A stretch of DNA of 30,912 bases from Candidatus Micrarchaeota archaeon (GTDB lineage: Archaea > Micrarchaeota > Micrarchaeia > Anstonellales > Bilamarchaeaceae), in contig JBFMEZ010000019.1 of assembly GCA_040753215.1 (NCBI GenBank), positions 1 to 30,912 of the forward strand, given 5' to 3'. The notes beneath the pieces were generated by a model. That model did not search any database. It was not told the origin of the DNA and worked only from the letters and a program-made list of their open reading frames with translations. Shown one piece after another: positions 8,534 to 17,102 of the stretch. The translations under genes and the position numbers were made by a program. The stretch's first letter is position 1. Every line of letters begins with the position of its first letter.

Positions 8534-8854
8534 TCAGAACGAAACAACCCTGTCGCTTTCCTTTATAATCTCATGCAAATCCTTCAGCGAAGAAATCGGG
8601 CACAAATTCGTACTCTCCTGGTTCCTCGCCTTTATGCACGTCCCGCACGCAAGGACCTGCCCGCCCGCCTCCACAAACCTCTTCGCCTCCCCCACACAAT
8701 CAAACTTTCCATCAGCATTCTTCTCGTATTCCACCGCCTTTCCCACAAGGAATACTTTTACCTCATTCCCTTCTTTTTTCGAAAAGTTCGCAAGCCTGAA
8801 CGCATTCCATACCGCTTCCGTGTCATTCGTGCTTATCACAATCCCAAGCTTCAT
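8534..8854 (-). CDS. DsrE/DsrF-like family protein
   Basis: [35 protein letters not shown]. Confidence 0.85.
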   Translation of the reverse strand: MKLGIVISTNDTEAVWNAFRLANFSKKEGNEVKVFLVGKAVEYEKNADGKFDCVGEAKRFVEAGGQVLACGTCIKARNQESTNLCPISSLKDLHEIIKESDRVVSF

Positions 8855-8858
8855 CCCA

Positions 8859-9830
8859 TTACCTCTTTTTCATCTTCATGGACTCCCTTACAACCGAAGC
8901 TATTCCATCCGCATCCAATTTATACTTTTTGAGCAGCTCCAATGCGCTCCCGGATTCGCAAAAAGTATCGTAAATCCCATGCCTTCTCACCGGCACCGGA
9001 TATTCCTCCGCAAGCACCTCAGCGACCGCGCTGCCCATCCCCCCGTTCACCTGGTGCTCCTCCGCCGTAACAGCCAGCCCCGTCTTCTTCGCCCACTCCA
9101 CAACCGTTGCCCGGTCTATCGGCTTAATCGTATGCAAATCCACAACCGCGCAGGAAATCCCCTCCCCCTTCAGTTTTTCCGCAGCAAGAAGCGCCTCATA
9201 GACCATGGGCCCGCACGCAAACACCGCCACATCGCTCCCGTCCCTGTATACATTCGCCTCCCCAATCTTAAAATAAGTTTCCGGGGTCGTAAACGCCGGC
9301 ATCTTCTCCCTGCACGTGCGTATGTACGCCGGCTTCCCAAGCCCGTGCGCCGCGAGCGTCGCCTTCCTCGCTTCCTCCGCATCCGCGGGCGCCATCACCA
9401 CCATATTCGGCAAAACCCTCGTAATCGCGATGTCCTCCAGCGCCTGGTGGGAGGCACCGTCCGGCCCCACCGTAATCCCCGTATGCGAGCCGTGGAATAC
9501 AACCGGCACGTCATTGTAGCAGACAGAAACCCTTATCTGGTCCCAGTTCCTCCCCGGAGAAAACACCCCATAAGCGGAAACAAACGCTTTCTTCCCGCAT
9601 GCCGCAATACCCGCAGCCACCCCCGCCATATCCTGCTCCGCCACCCCCACCTGCACAAACCTTTTCGGGAACTTCTCCGCAAACCAGTGCGTGCGCGTAG
9701 ACTCCGAAACGTCCGCAGTGAGCACCCACACATCCGGGTCCTTCTCCCCCAGTTCCACTATCGCCTTCCCAAACCCGTCCCTGCTGGATGCGGAGCTTTT
9801 CGCCGGGAAGTTAATGGTAGCGCAGAACAT
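8859..9830 (-). CDS. tktC: Transketolase, C-terminal subunit
   Basis: VGVAEQDM, GPDGASHQ, TIKPID, EEHQVNGGMG. Confidence 0.93.
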   Translation of the reverse strand: MFCATINFPAKSSASSRDGFGKAIVELGEKDPDVWVLTADVSESTRTHWFAEKFPKRFVQVGVAEQDMAGVAAGIAACGKKAFVSAYGVFSPGRNWDQIRVSVCYNDVPVVFHGSHTGITVGPDGASHQALEDIAITRVLPNMVVMAPADAEEARKATLAAHGLGKPAYIRTCREKMPAFTTPETYFKIGEANVYRDGSDVAVFACGPMVYEALLAAEKLKGEGISCAVVDLHTIKPIDRATVVEWAKKTGLAVTAEEHQVNGGMGSAVAEVLAEEYPVPVRRHGIYDTFCESGSALELLKKYKLDADGIASVVRESMKMKKR

Positions 9831-9834
9831 ATCC

Positions 9835-10695
9835 TCACCCTTCCTCTTCTATTACACTCCTCTCCACTCCCAGCAGCTTAAGCGCTTCTTCCGCCTCCTT
9901 CTGTGTAGGCGGCTTGCCGTGCCATTCCGTGAGGAATTCCATAAACGGTATCCCTTTTCCGGGAATAGTGTGCGCTATTATCACCGTGGGCTTCTCATAA
10001 ATCGCCTTGCTCTTCTCGCACGCATCGATTATCTCATGGATGTTATGCCCATCTATCTCAATCACATGCCATCCAAAGGAGCGGTACTTTTCCGCAAGCG
10101 GCTCGAGCGGAAGCACCTCTTCCGTAAACCCGTCAATCTGGATGTTGTTCCTGTCTATAATTGCAGTAAGATTCCCCAATTTGTATTTTGCCGCAAGCAT
10201 GGCTGCCTCCCATATCTGCCCCTCCCCGTGCTCCCCGTCCGAGAGTATTGCATATACCCTCCACCTCTTCTTTTCGCTCTTCGCTACAATCGCCATGCCC
10301 ACCGCCTGCGAGAGCCCCTGCCCCAGCGGCCCCGAGGAGTTCTCAATCCCTGGAAGGGAGGTGCGGTGGGGATGCCCCTGCAGCCTGCTCCCCAGTTTCC
10401 TGAGCGTAAGCAGCTCCTCCTTCGGGAAATAGCCCGCGTTCGCCATCGCAGCATACATCACCGGGCACACGTGCCCATTTGAAAGGACCAGCCGGTCCCT
10501 GTCCGCCCAATCCGGATTTTTCGGGTCATGATACAATACGTTGAAATATAGCGCCGTAAATATGTCCGCGAGCCCTATGGAGCCGGCGGAGTGCCCTGAT
10601 TTCGCCTCGTACAGCATCCTGATTACGTCTTCACGGATGGTATTCGCAATCAGCTTCAGCTGCTTTGTATTCGTAATCTTGATTCTATTTGCCAC
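9835..10695 (-). CDS. tktN: Transketolase, N-terminal (TPP-binding) subunit
   Basis: SGHSAGS, DRLVLSNGH, LQGHP, GPLGQG, SDGEHGEGQIWE...DRN TPP motif. Confidence 0.94.
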   Translation of the reverse strand: MANRIKITNTKQLKLIANTIREDVIRMLYEAKSGHSAGSIGLADIFTALYFNVLYHDPKNPDWADRDRLVLSNGHVCPVMYAAMANAGYFPKEELLTLRKLGSRLQGHPHRTSLPGIENSSGPLGQGLSQAVGMAIVAKSEKKRWRVYAILSDGEHGEGQIWEAAMLAAKYKLGNLTAIIDRNNIQIDGFTEEVLPLEPLAEKYRSFGWHVIEIDGHNIHEIIDACEKSKAIYEKPTVIIAHTIPGKGIPFMEFLTEWHGKPPTQKEAEEALKLLGVERSVIEEEG

Positions 10696-11335
10696 CTTTC
10701 CACCCTTTCTCCAGCGCTTCCCTCAATCCCCCAATCGCTTTCCCCGCATCCGGCATCGAAAATATTGCGCTCGCCGCAGCCAGGTTGTTCGCACCGGCAC
10801 CGGCGGCCCTCACTCCTGTTTCCGGGTTTATCCCTCCATCCACCTCAATCTCCGCTTTCGGCAGCATCCTTCTTAATTCCCTTATCTTCGCCTCAACTTC
10901 CGGGATGTATTTCTGCCCATAGAACCCCGGATTCACGGACATCACAAGTATCTTCTGCGCATTCTCAAGGTGCGGCTTTATTTTTTCCAGGGAAGTCCCA
11001 GGGTTGAGCGCAATCCCCAGCCTCCCGCCGCCCGCCTTCACCGCAGCCACAACCCTCTCCCAGCTCTCCGCTGCCTCCGCATGCACGATGTGCAGGTAAG
11101 GCCCGTTCACCTTCGCAATCCACTCCTCCGGCTTCCGCACCATCCAGTGTATCTCATACTTCAGCCCGGAAGGCAGCTCCTGCAATTCCTTTACCCCGAT
11201 GGTAGAATTAGGCACAAACTTATTGTCCATTATATCTATGTGAATAGTACGCACATAATTCCTGACGCGTGAGATATGCTCCAGCAGTTCCTCCCTGGTT
11301 TTCACAAGGATGGCTGGTATTATCTCTAGCGCCAT
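10685..11335 (-). CDS. rpe: Ribulose-phosphate 3-epimerase
   Basis: HIDIMD..FVPN, HWMV, MSVNPGFYGQ, EVDGGIN. Confidence 0.93.
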   Translation of the reverse strand: MALEIIPAILVKTREELLEHISRVRNYVRTIHIDIMDNKFVPNSTIGVKELQELPSGLKYEIHWMVRKPEEWIAKVNGPYLHIVHAEAAESWERVVAAVKAGGGRLGIALNPGTSLEKIKPHLENAQKILVMSVNPGFYGQKYIPEVEAKIRELRRMLPKAEIEVDGGINPETGVRAAGAGANNLAAASAIFSMPDAGKAIGGLREALEKGWKGGK

Positions 11336-11339
11336 GGTT

Positions 11340-11416
11340 TCACCCTGGCGCGACCCTCATCGCGCCTAGAATACGAGCGCTTGCCCGTAATATTGTATAT
11401 GCGCCTATAATTAAAA
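11340..11416 (-). promoter_or_regulatory. Putative promoter and structured 5' leader of the pentose phosphate operon
   Basis: TTTTAA at 11416-11411; hairpins 11372-11389 and 11347-11366; RBS GGGTGA 11345-11340. Confidence 0.5.
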
Positions 11417-11423
11417 GTTTCCT

Positions 11424-12887
11424 CTAGCCCAAAAATCTCCTAATCGTCGCAGCCTTCACAATCTCTTCCTGCAGCGCCTCATGCCCACCTGCTTCTACTT
11501 TCCTCAGTATATACTTGGAAAGCGCCCTGTGCGGCTCATCTATTTCAAACTCAAACCTCTCCAGCACCGGGAGCATTTTCTTCTCTATTTCCGGGAACAC
11601 TTTCAGATTCTCCCAATTCAAATAAACCAGCGCATCCTTCAAATCCTCCTCAAATCCCGGGTAAACAGAATGTATGTACTCGTAATCCTTCTCCTCCAGC
11701 GCATTCAGCCCCAGCATCTCCGGAGGAATTCCAATTGAATATAGCGCCGCGCAGAATGTAATCGCCCTCGGCAATTTTACCTCCCCCGCGCCTCTCGAAT
11801 ACCCGAACAGCCCAACGTGCAGCTTCCTCTTCCTCCTCGCAGGCACGTACCTCGCAACCCCATTGATTAAAGGCGCAAGAAGCGCAATCTGCGCCCTGTA
11901 CTCCTCGGAAACCTTCACGATTATCCCCAGCGACCTCTCCCTGTCCACCTCCCGCGGCTTCCCCCTCTTCGCCTCCCTTATTTTCTTCACAGCTTCAATC
12001 ACCTGCTCGGGCCTATAATCATACTTGAACGCAGACTGCAGAGTAAGCGTCTGCACGTTCGGATAGCTTTCCATAAAGGATTCCACATTGGTAGGCTTCA
12101 GGTTCCCCCTGAACGGCGCGCTTCCTGCCCCGATAATCGGGTAGATACTCACCCCGCTCCTCTCCTCCAGCTCATGCAAATCGCTCACAGCATTCTTTAT
12201 CATCAATACGGTGCTCAGGGAGCCGTAATTCAGCGCAGGGTCGCTCCTCGCCAAAAATACCCGCTGATATTCCAAATCCTTATCCGAAATATACTCCTCT
12301 ACGATTTCCGCCGCCTTCCCCATAGTCTCCTTGTCTTCCAGGAGCGGAATCATATCCACTTTTTCCGGCTTGAGCTCGCCCACCCACTCCGCCACAGTCA
12401 AATTTCCGCCTGCAATCTTCTTCGCCCCCTTCCCGGCCACAAAATCCTTATAGTACTTATACACCCTGTTCAGCGCCTCCGCGCTCGTGGTCATCGGCAA
12501 TATCACCTCAAATATGGGCGCCACATCCCTTCCGTAGAAAGCCCTGCACGCGTCAAAATTCCGGGGAATGGATTCCAGCGCTTCCAATAATACTTTCCCC
12601 TCATTCTTCTCCACTTCCGGATTAGGAACCCTCAGCGTAAGGAACGCATCCTCCCCGAGGGTTTTCTCCCTGAAGAAATACTCATACCTCCCCAGCAATT
12701 TCTTGACCACGAAGGAATCCACCTCCTTTCCTTCGCAGTCCCACATCTGCTCCTCGCACCCCAAATCATAATACGCATAAAACGCCTCCTTCACCTCCGT
12801 CTCCCCGTCCATTATGCTCGAATCGCTGAAGAATGGAATGGATGCATTGTCCGGATGCTGGGTGCTCATGCACCGTGGAACCTTCAT
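11424..12887 (-). CDS. ppcA: Archaeal-type phosphoenolpyruvate carboxylase
   Basis: PRCMSTQHPDN, EQMWDCEGK, FLARSDPALNYG, GSAPFRG, LPRAITF. Confidence 0.95.
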   Translation of the reverse strand: MKVPRCMSTQHPDNASIPFFSDSSIMDGETEVKEAFYAYYDLGCEEQMWDCEGKEVDSFVVKKLLGRYEYFFREKTLGEDAFLTLRVPNPEVEKNEGKVLLEALESIPRNFDACRAFYGRDVAPIFEVILPMTTSAEALNRVYKYYKDFVAGKGAKKIAGGNLTVAEWVGELKPEKVDMIPLLEDKETMGKAAEIVEEYISDKDLEYQRVFLARSDPALNYGSLSTVLMIKNAVSDLHELEERSGVSIYPIIGAGSAPFRGNLKPTNVESFMESYPNVQTLTLQSAFKYDYRPEQVIEAVKKIREAKRGKPREVDRERSLGIIVKVSEEYRAQIALLAPLINGVARYVPARRKRKLHVGLFGYSRGAGEVKLPRAITFCAALYSIGIPPEMLGLNALEEKDYEYIHSVYPGFEEDLKDALVYLNWENLKVFPEIEKKMLPVLERFEFEIDEPHRALSKYILRKVEAGGHEALQEEIVKAATIRRFLG

Positions 12888-12949
12888 GGGCTAGATTGGG
12901 CCGCACAAGTGTTTATAACCTTTCCCGCTTTATCTCCTGCGTGGTAAAA

Positions 12950-13036
12950 ATGGCAGCCAAAAAGAAGGCGAAGAAGAAGGGAAAGAAGGTTGTGAAGCAC
13001 GCGCACGGGAAAGGGCACAGGTGCTCTTACTGCTGA
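12950..13036 (+). CDS. 28-aa Lys-rich peptide with His residues and terminal CxxC
   Basis: MAAKKKAKKKGKKVVKHAHGKGHRCSYC; TATA-like TTTATAA 12912-12918; GTGGT before ATG 12950. Confidence 0.65.
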   Translation: MAAKKKAKKKGKKVVKHAHGKGHRCSYC

Positions 13037-13725
13037 ATCAGCTTTACTATATTCTCCCTGCCCTTCTTTATTCTCTTCACATGCCCCTGCGCTTCAAGGG
13101 ATGAAACAAGCAAACTTATCTTAGTATCAGTGCATTTGAGGATCTCCCGCAGCTCCTTCTGGTTCCTCATCCCCTCGCTTCCCTTCAGTATCTCAATCAC
13201 CCTCTTCTCTTCCTCATCCAGTTCCTTCTTCCCAGCAGGCGGCTTAATCTCCGGTTTCCCGGTTTCCGTTTCCCGCTGTTTTCTCCCGCTCAGGAAAAAG
13301 TATGCAGCCGCAACCACCACAATAAGCAAAATCCCCCCAACAATAAAAGGCGCCCAGTCCTGCTTCTGCTCCGGTATGTTCTCATCAATTTCCGAAATCC
13401 CGAAGCCCTCTATCCCCTCAAACTCGTCCGGCGAGAAAAGCACTATGTCGTAAGAGGCGCCTTCAGCCCCGACCGCAATCCCGTCCTTCGCGTACCCCGT
13501 CAGCGTCCCGTTCTCATAATAATATGCAGTAATATTATACGCCCCCGGCGCGACCTCCATCGCATACGTCCCGTCCGAAGAGAAAACCTGGTAAGTTGAA
13601 GCACCCTCCACCTTCACCAGCACCCCCTGCACCGCATCAAAGCTGTCCGCGCTGTAAACGCTCCCGCTAAGCGCTGCAGCATGCAAAACCGCAAAAAGCG
13701 CAAAAACCGCCCAAAAAGCTTTCAC
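13027..13725 (-). CDS. Membrane-anchored wHTH protein (signal peptide, beta-sandwich ectodomain, TM, cytoplasmic wHTH; COG2512-like)
   Basis: N-terminal hydrophobic leader, APGAYNITAY, TM FIVGGILLIVVVAAAYFF, LDEEEKRVIEIL...QKELRE...KISL...KKGRENIV. Confidence 0.8.
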   Translation of the reverse strand: MKAFWAVFALFAVLHAAALSGSVYSADSFDAVQGVLVKVEGASTYQVFSSDGTYAMEVAPGAYNITAYYYENGTLTGYAKDGIAVGAEGASYDIVLFSPDEFEGIEGFGISEIDENIPEQKQDWAPFIVGGILLIVVVAAAYFFLSGRKQRETETGKPEIKPPAGKKELDEEEKRVIEILKGSEGMRNQKELREILKCTDTKISLLVSSLEAQGHVKRIKKGRENIVKLIQQ

Positions 13726-13740
13726 ATATCCCTATTCGGA

Positions 13741-13793
13741 GAAAAGCTTTCTAAAACCTTCCGAAAGCTTTCGTGAAAATTTCTATTTAAATA
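13741..13793. promoter_or_regulatory. Array of AAAGCTTT-like palindromic sites abutting a TATA box
   Basis: AAAGCTTT 13743, AAACCTTC 13754, perfect CGAAAGCTTTCG 13762-13773, GAAAATTTC 13775; TTTAAATA 13786-13793. Confidence 0.65.
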
Positions 13794-13823
13794 CCCCCTT
13801 CGCAGTCCCTGCAGGTGATTAAA

Positions 13824-15056
13824 ATGAGAAACTTGATGGGAATGCTGGCCCTGTTCGGGCTGGTCGGGATGCTCTTCGCATCCTCCGATGCGGGGGATGA
13901 CAGTGCCGGCTGGCTTGGGAGGATGGGCGCGGACAGCGGGGCCTCCGGGAATGAGACCTCCGTGGAGGCCGAAGCTGCGGATGCGGATGATGCCGCAGAA
14001 GCAGAAACTGAAACGGAAGTGGAAGCAGGCACCAATGAAACAGAAGAGACGGAAGCGGAGGACGGGAATGAGGCCTCCGGGGAAGACGAAACAGATGAGC
14101 TGGAGGAACAGGAAACCGGTGATGCTGAAGAGAACGAAACCGAAGACGCCGGGGATGATGCGGAAGAAAGGGCCGCGGCGGTAAGGCAGCTCATATTAGA
14201 GAAGAGATATGCGCAGCTCGGCTGCAGGGCCGCCTTCCTATACTCGATGATGGCCAGCGCTGAGGAGCATGGGAATGTGAGCCTTGCGGACGAGCGCGCA
14301 GCCGTTGAGGCGGTGATGGGGCAGCTCGGCGCAACGGTCGCATCCGGGGAGTTCGTCTCCTACAGCCAGTCCATGGACGAGATACGCAACGCATTCGCCG
14401 TTGCCGTCCGGGAGGCAAAGGGCGCACAGATGGACGCGCTTCGCGCCGCGGAAGATGAAGCGGAGGGTGAAGACGAGACTGGTGCTGGCGATGGCGAACA
14501 GGCAAGGGAGAGGGAACGGTCAAGGACGGCGCTCAGGGATGAGATGAAGGGGCAATACAGGGCGGCGCATGAGGCATTCGTATCCTGCATGCACGAGGCG
14601 GTCAGGGAGCGGATAGAAGCGGAGCTGGAGGAGTTCTCCGGCTGGCATGCGAGGGGCCGTGAGATAGCGGACAGCATGGAGGCGAGGAATTACTCCGTTT
14701 CTGATATGAGGGAGACGCTCGACGAGGCTGACGATGCCGCGGAAGAGCTCGGGGCCGCAGTGGACGCGAACCTCAGCACAGAAGAGCTTTCCCAGCTCAG
14801 GAAGGAGAAATGGGGAAGGGAGTTCTACCTCTGGGCGCAGTTCCACAGGGAGAGGATAAACCTCCTGCTGGACCGCTTCGAGGAGAAGACCGACGGCTAC
14901 GAGGAGGAAGTCGCGGCGATAAGGGCCGCACTTGACGAGGCGGCTGGCATAGGCGACGACGAGATATATACGCTGGAGGAGGCACGGCAGTCCAAGGCGC
15001 TCGTAACCCGGGCGATGGCGGACTTCAGCGCGCTTGTCGAGGAGGCGAGGGGGTAG
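13824..15056 (+). CDS. Secreted, highly acidic alpha-helical hypothetical protein
   Basis: Signal peptide MRNLMGMLALFGLVGMLFA; long Asp/Glu low-complexity tract with several N-E-T/N-x-S sequons; RBS AGGTGA 13813-13818. Confidence 0.8.
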   Translation: MRNLMGMLALFGLVGMLFASSDAGDDSAGWLGRMGADSGASGNETSVEAEAADADDAAEAETETEVEAGTNETEETEAEDGNEASGEDETDELEEQETGDAEENETEDAGDDAEERAAAVRQLILEKRYAQLGCRAAFLYSMMASAEEHGNVSLADERAAVEAVMGQLGATVASGEFVSYSQSMDEIRNAFAVAVREAKGAQMDALRAAEDEAEGEDETGAGDGEQARERERSRTALRDEMKGQYRAAHEAFVSCMHEAVRERIEAELEEFSGWHARGREIADSMEARNYSVSDMRETLDEADDAAEELGAAVDANLSTEELSQLRKEKWGREFYLWAQFHRERINLLLDRFEEKTDGYEEEVAAIRAALDEAAGIGDDEIYTLEEARQSKALVTRAMADFSALVEEARG

Positions 15057-15058
15057 GC

Positions 15059-15244
15059 ATGAGGGGAATACTCTTGGCACTCATGCTACTCTCCCTCCTC
15101 ATATTCGGGTGCGCGGGGGCGCGAGGGAGCGGAGGCACGGGGCAGGTCAGCAGCTCCGACATAAGCGACGAGGACCTTTCGGTGAGCGACCTGTCCATAG
15201 ACCTCGCTGATGATGAGACCGCCCTCCCGGAGCAGGTGAGTTGA
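15059..15244 (+). CDS. Small acidic putative lipoprotein
   Basis: Hydrophobic leader ending LLIFGC; starts 3 nt after previous stop. Confidence 0.65.
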   Translation: MRGILLALMLLSLLIFGCAGARGSGGTGQVSSSDISDEDLSVSDLSIDLADDETALPEQVS

Positions 15245-15258
15245 GAAAAGGTGGACAT

Positions 15259-15669
15259 ATGGGCGTACAAGCAATGGGACAGGAAACAAGTGGAACGACG
15301 AGAAGCATGGATGCGGGCAGGAAGCCGATACGTGCCAGCCCCATCCTCGCGAATGAAAGGCTGGCAAGGCTTTTGAGGGACCTGTCCGCGGGCGGGCGCG
15401 GGGAAATGGTCGCCGCGGCGCGCGAGTTCAGGCACATCGCGGGCAATGGAGTATCCGTCTCGGAGGCGTTCCTCGCCTTCCTGGCAGCCCTCCGCTCCGG
15501 GGACCGCGACATCGTGCACAATCTCCTCTGGGCCGTCAGGTATGCAAAACTAAACGGGGCAGACATATCTGCACTCCAACCCACCATAGAGGAGCTGCGC
15601 TATTCGGAAGAGGGAACCACCCGCTCGCTTGCAACCCTCGTTCTGAACACCACGCCCTCTGCGGAATAG
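15259..15669 (+). CDS. Hypothetical alpha-helical (HEAT-like) protein
   Basis: Two similar helical units (NGVSVSEAF / NGADISAL); RBS AGGTGG before ATG 15259; followed by a T-rich tract. Confidence 0.55.
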   Translation: MGVQAMGQETSGTTRSMDAGRKPIRASPILANERLARLLRDLSAGGRGEMVAAAREFRHIAGNGVSVSEAFLAFLAALRSGDRDIVHNLLWAVRYAKLNGADISALQPTIEELRYSEEGTTRSLATLVLNTTPSAE

Positions 15670-15711
15670 CAGCTCCTTCTCTTTTTATTTCTTTTCAATT
15701 CAAATGGAGGC

Positions 15712-16671
15712 ATGCTTCTGGAGCTTGCGATACTGGTCGCATCCCTCATAATCCTCGCAAAATCCGCCAACCTTGTTACCGATAAGGCAGTTGTACTCTC
15801 CGAGTTCTTCGGCATCTCCCAGATGGCGATAGGTTTTCTTCTCATAGCCGGTTCCACATCCCTCCCCGAGCTCTCCGTCTCCGTAGTTGCTTCTGCTATG
15901 GGGCAGGGCGCGGTTTCCGCGGGAAACGTTTTCGGCTCCAATATCGCAGACATCTTCCTTGTGCTGGGCCTGTGTGCCTTCTTCTACAGGCTGGCCCTCA
16001 AGAGGGAGGATGCCGTTGAGGTCGGAGGGGTTCTCCTCGCTACAACGGTAATAACCCTCTATTTTGTATATTCAGCATTCGTGCTCGGCTCCCCGGTAAT
16101 CGACCGCTGGGAAGGCGCAATCCTCCTTCTCGCATTCGCCGCCTATATCTATTATGCGCTGAAAAGGAAAAAACTGCCAAGCAATAACGGAAACAGCGTT
16201 GCGAAAAGCGATGCGCTCAGGGCTTTCGTCCTTTTCTGCGCAGGAATAGCTCTCGTGCTCGTCAGCTCGGGCATTGCGGTTGATTCAGCGGTAAAACTCT
16301 CCGAGCTTGCCGGCATCTCAAGGAGCTTCATAGGCGCAACAATCATTGCGATAGGGACCTCTCTTCCCGAGTTGTCGGTTGAGCTTTCTGCGGTGCGAAA
16401 GAAGCGCTACGGGCTCGCGCTGGGCGACGCGATAGGCAGCACAGTGGTGAACATAACGCTCGTGCTCGGGACGGCTTCCCTCCTGAATCCCATCGCAATA
16501 ATGGCGCCCGCCTCATTCCTGACAGTGCTCCTTTTCGCAATATTAGCAAATGCGGTCTTCTTCTACGCTACGGTCACGAGAAAAAAGATGGGAAAGGCAG
16601 CCGGAATCGCGTTCCTGCTCCTCTATGCACTCTACCTGTTCACACTCGCAGGCACGGAGGCCCTCGCCTGA
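15712..16671 (+). CDS. Sodium:calcium antiporter (CaCA, YrbG/NCX_Mj-like)
   Basis: Two alpha-repeats GSTSLPE...GNVFGSN and GTSLPE...GDAIGST; about 10 TM segments. Confidence 0.92.
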   Translation: MLLELAILVASLIILAKSANLVTDKAVVLSEFFGISQMAIGFLLIAGSTSLPELSVSVVASAMGQGAVSAGNVFGSNIADIFLVLGLCAFFYRLALKREDAVEVGGVLLATTVITLYFVYSAFVLGSPVIDRWEGAILLLAFAAYIYYALKRKKLPSNNGNSVAKSDALRAFVLFCAGIALVLVSSGIAVDSAVKLSELAGISRSFIGATIIAIGTSLPELSVELSAVRKKRYGLALGDAIGSTVVNITLVLGTASLLNPIAIMAPASFLTVLLFAILANAVFFYATVTRKKMGKAAGIAFLLLYALYLFTLAGTEALA

Positions 16672-16725
16672 GGCCCAGCGCAAGGTTTTAATTCCTCACG
16701 GAAGTAGCCTCTCCGAGGTGTGAAT

Positions 16726-17082
16726 GTGGTTGAGAAAAAAATGAAGCAGTGGCTCCAGGTAATCGGGCCGTGGTCCTACATCGCGGGAGTGTTGCTCGCG
16801 GTCGTTGCCGGCTTCGCGTTTCCCGCGAGCCAGAACGTGATTGCGGTGCTCGCGGCCCTCGGTTTCATCGTGGGGCTGCTGAACATCCGGGACATCGAGA
16901 AGACAAAGTTCCTGATAGGCGTGCTCACCCTGCTCGCTGCGGGCATGTACATAAGCCTGCTGACTTCCAACGTACAATACATAGGCCAGCAGATATCCAA
17001 TGCGGTGAGCTACATGATAATGTTCACGATACCCGGCGCCGTGGTTGTTTCGCTGAAGGTAATCCACGAGGTCGCATCCTGA
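16726..17082 (+). CDS. Small four-TM hypothetical membrane protein
   Basis: Four hydrophobic segments, LGFIVGLLNI motif; RBS GAGGTG 16715-16720 (start uncertain); T-rich tract after stop. Confidence 0.75.
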   Translation: MVEKKMKQWLQVIGPWSYIAGVLLAVVAGFAFPASQNVIAVLAALGFIVGLLNIRDIEKTKFLIGVLTLLAAGMYISLLTSNVQYIGQQISNAVSYMIMFTIPGAVVVSLKVIHEVAS

Positions 17083-17102
17083 GCCTTTCTTTTTGATTTT
17101 TT

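Noticed and set aside
8237..10876. Long plus-strand ORFs (8237-8932, 8634-9881, 9691-10482) and similar ones at 26543-29061
   Set aside because: Antisense shadows of well-supported minus-strand genes in GC-rich DNA; no recognisable motifs
11347..11366. Fluoride (crcB) riboswitch, suggested by GCGATGAGG
   Set aside because: No downstream pseudoknot complement or conserved 3' segment before the start codon
13683..13722. GCAAAAA-like short repeats
   Set aside because: Explained by Phe/Ala/Val codons of the signal peptide on the minus strand
13824..15669. G-rich plus strand against the C-rich background, suggesting inversion or foreign origin
   Set aside because: Largely explained by Glu/Asp/Ala/Gly-rich proteins; cannot be separated without codon-position statistics
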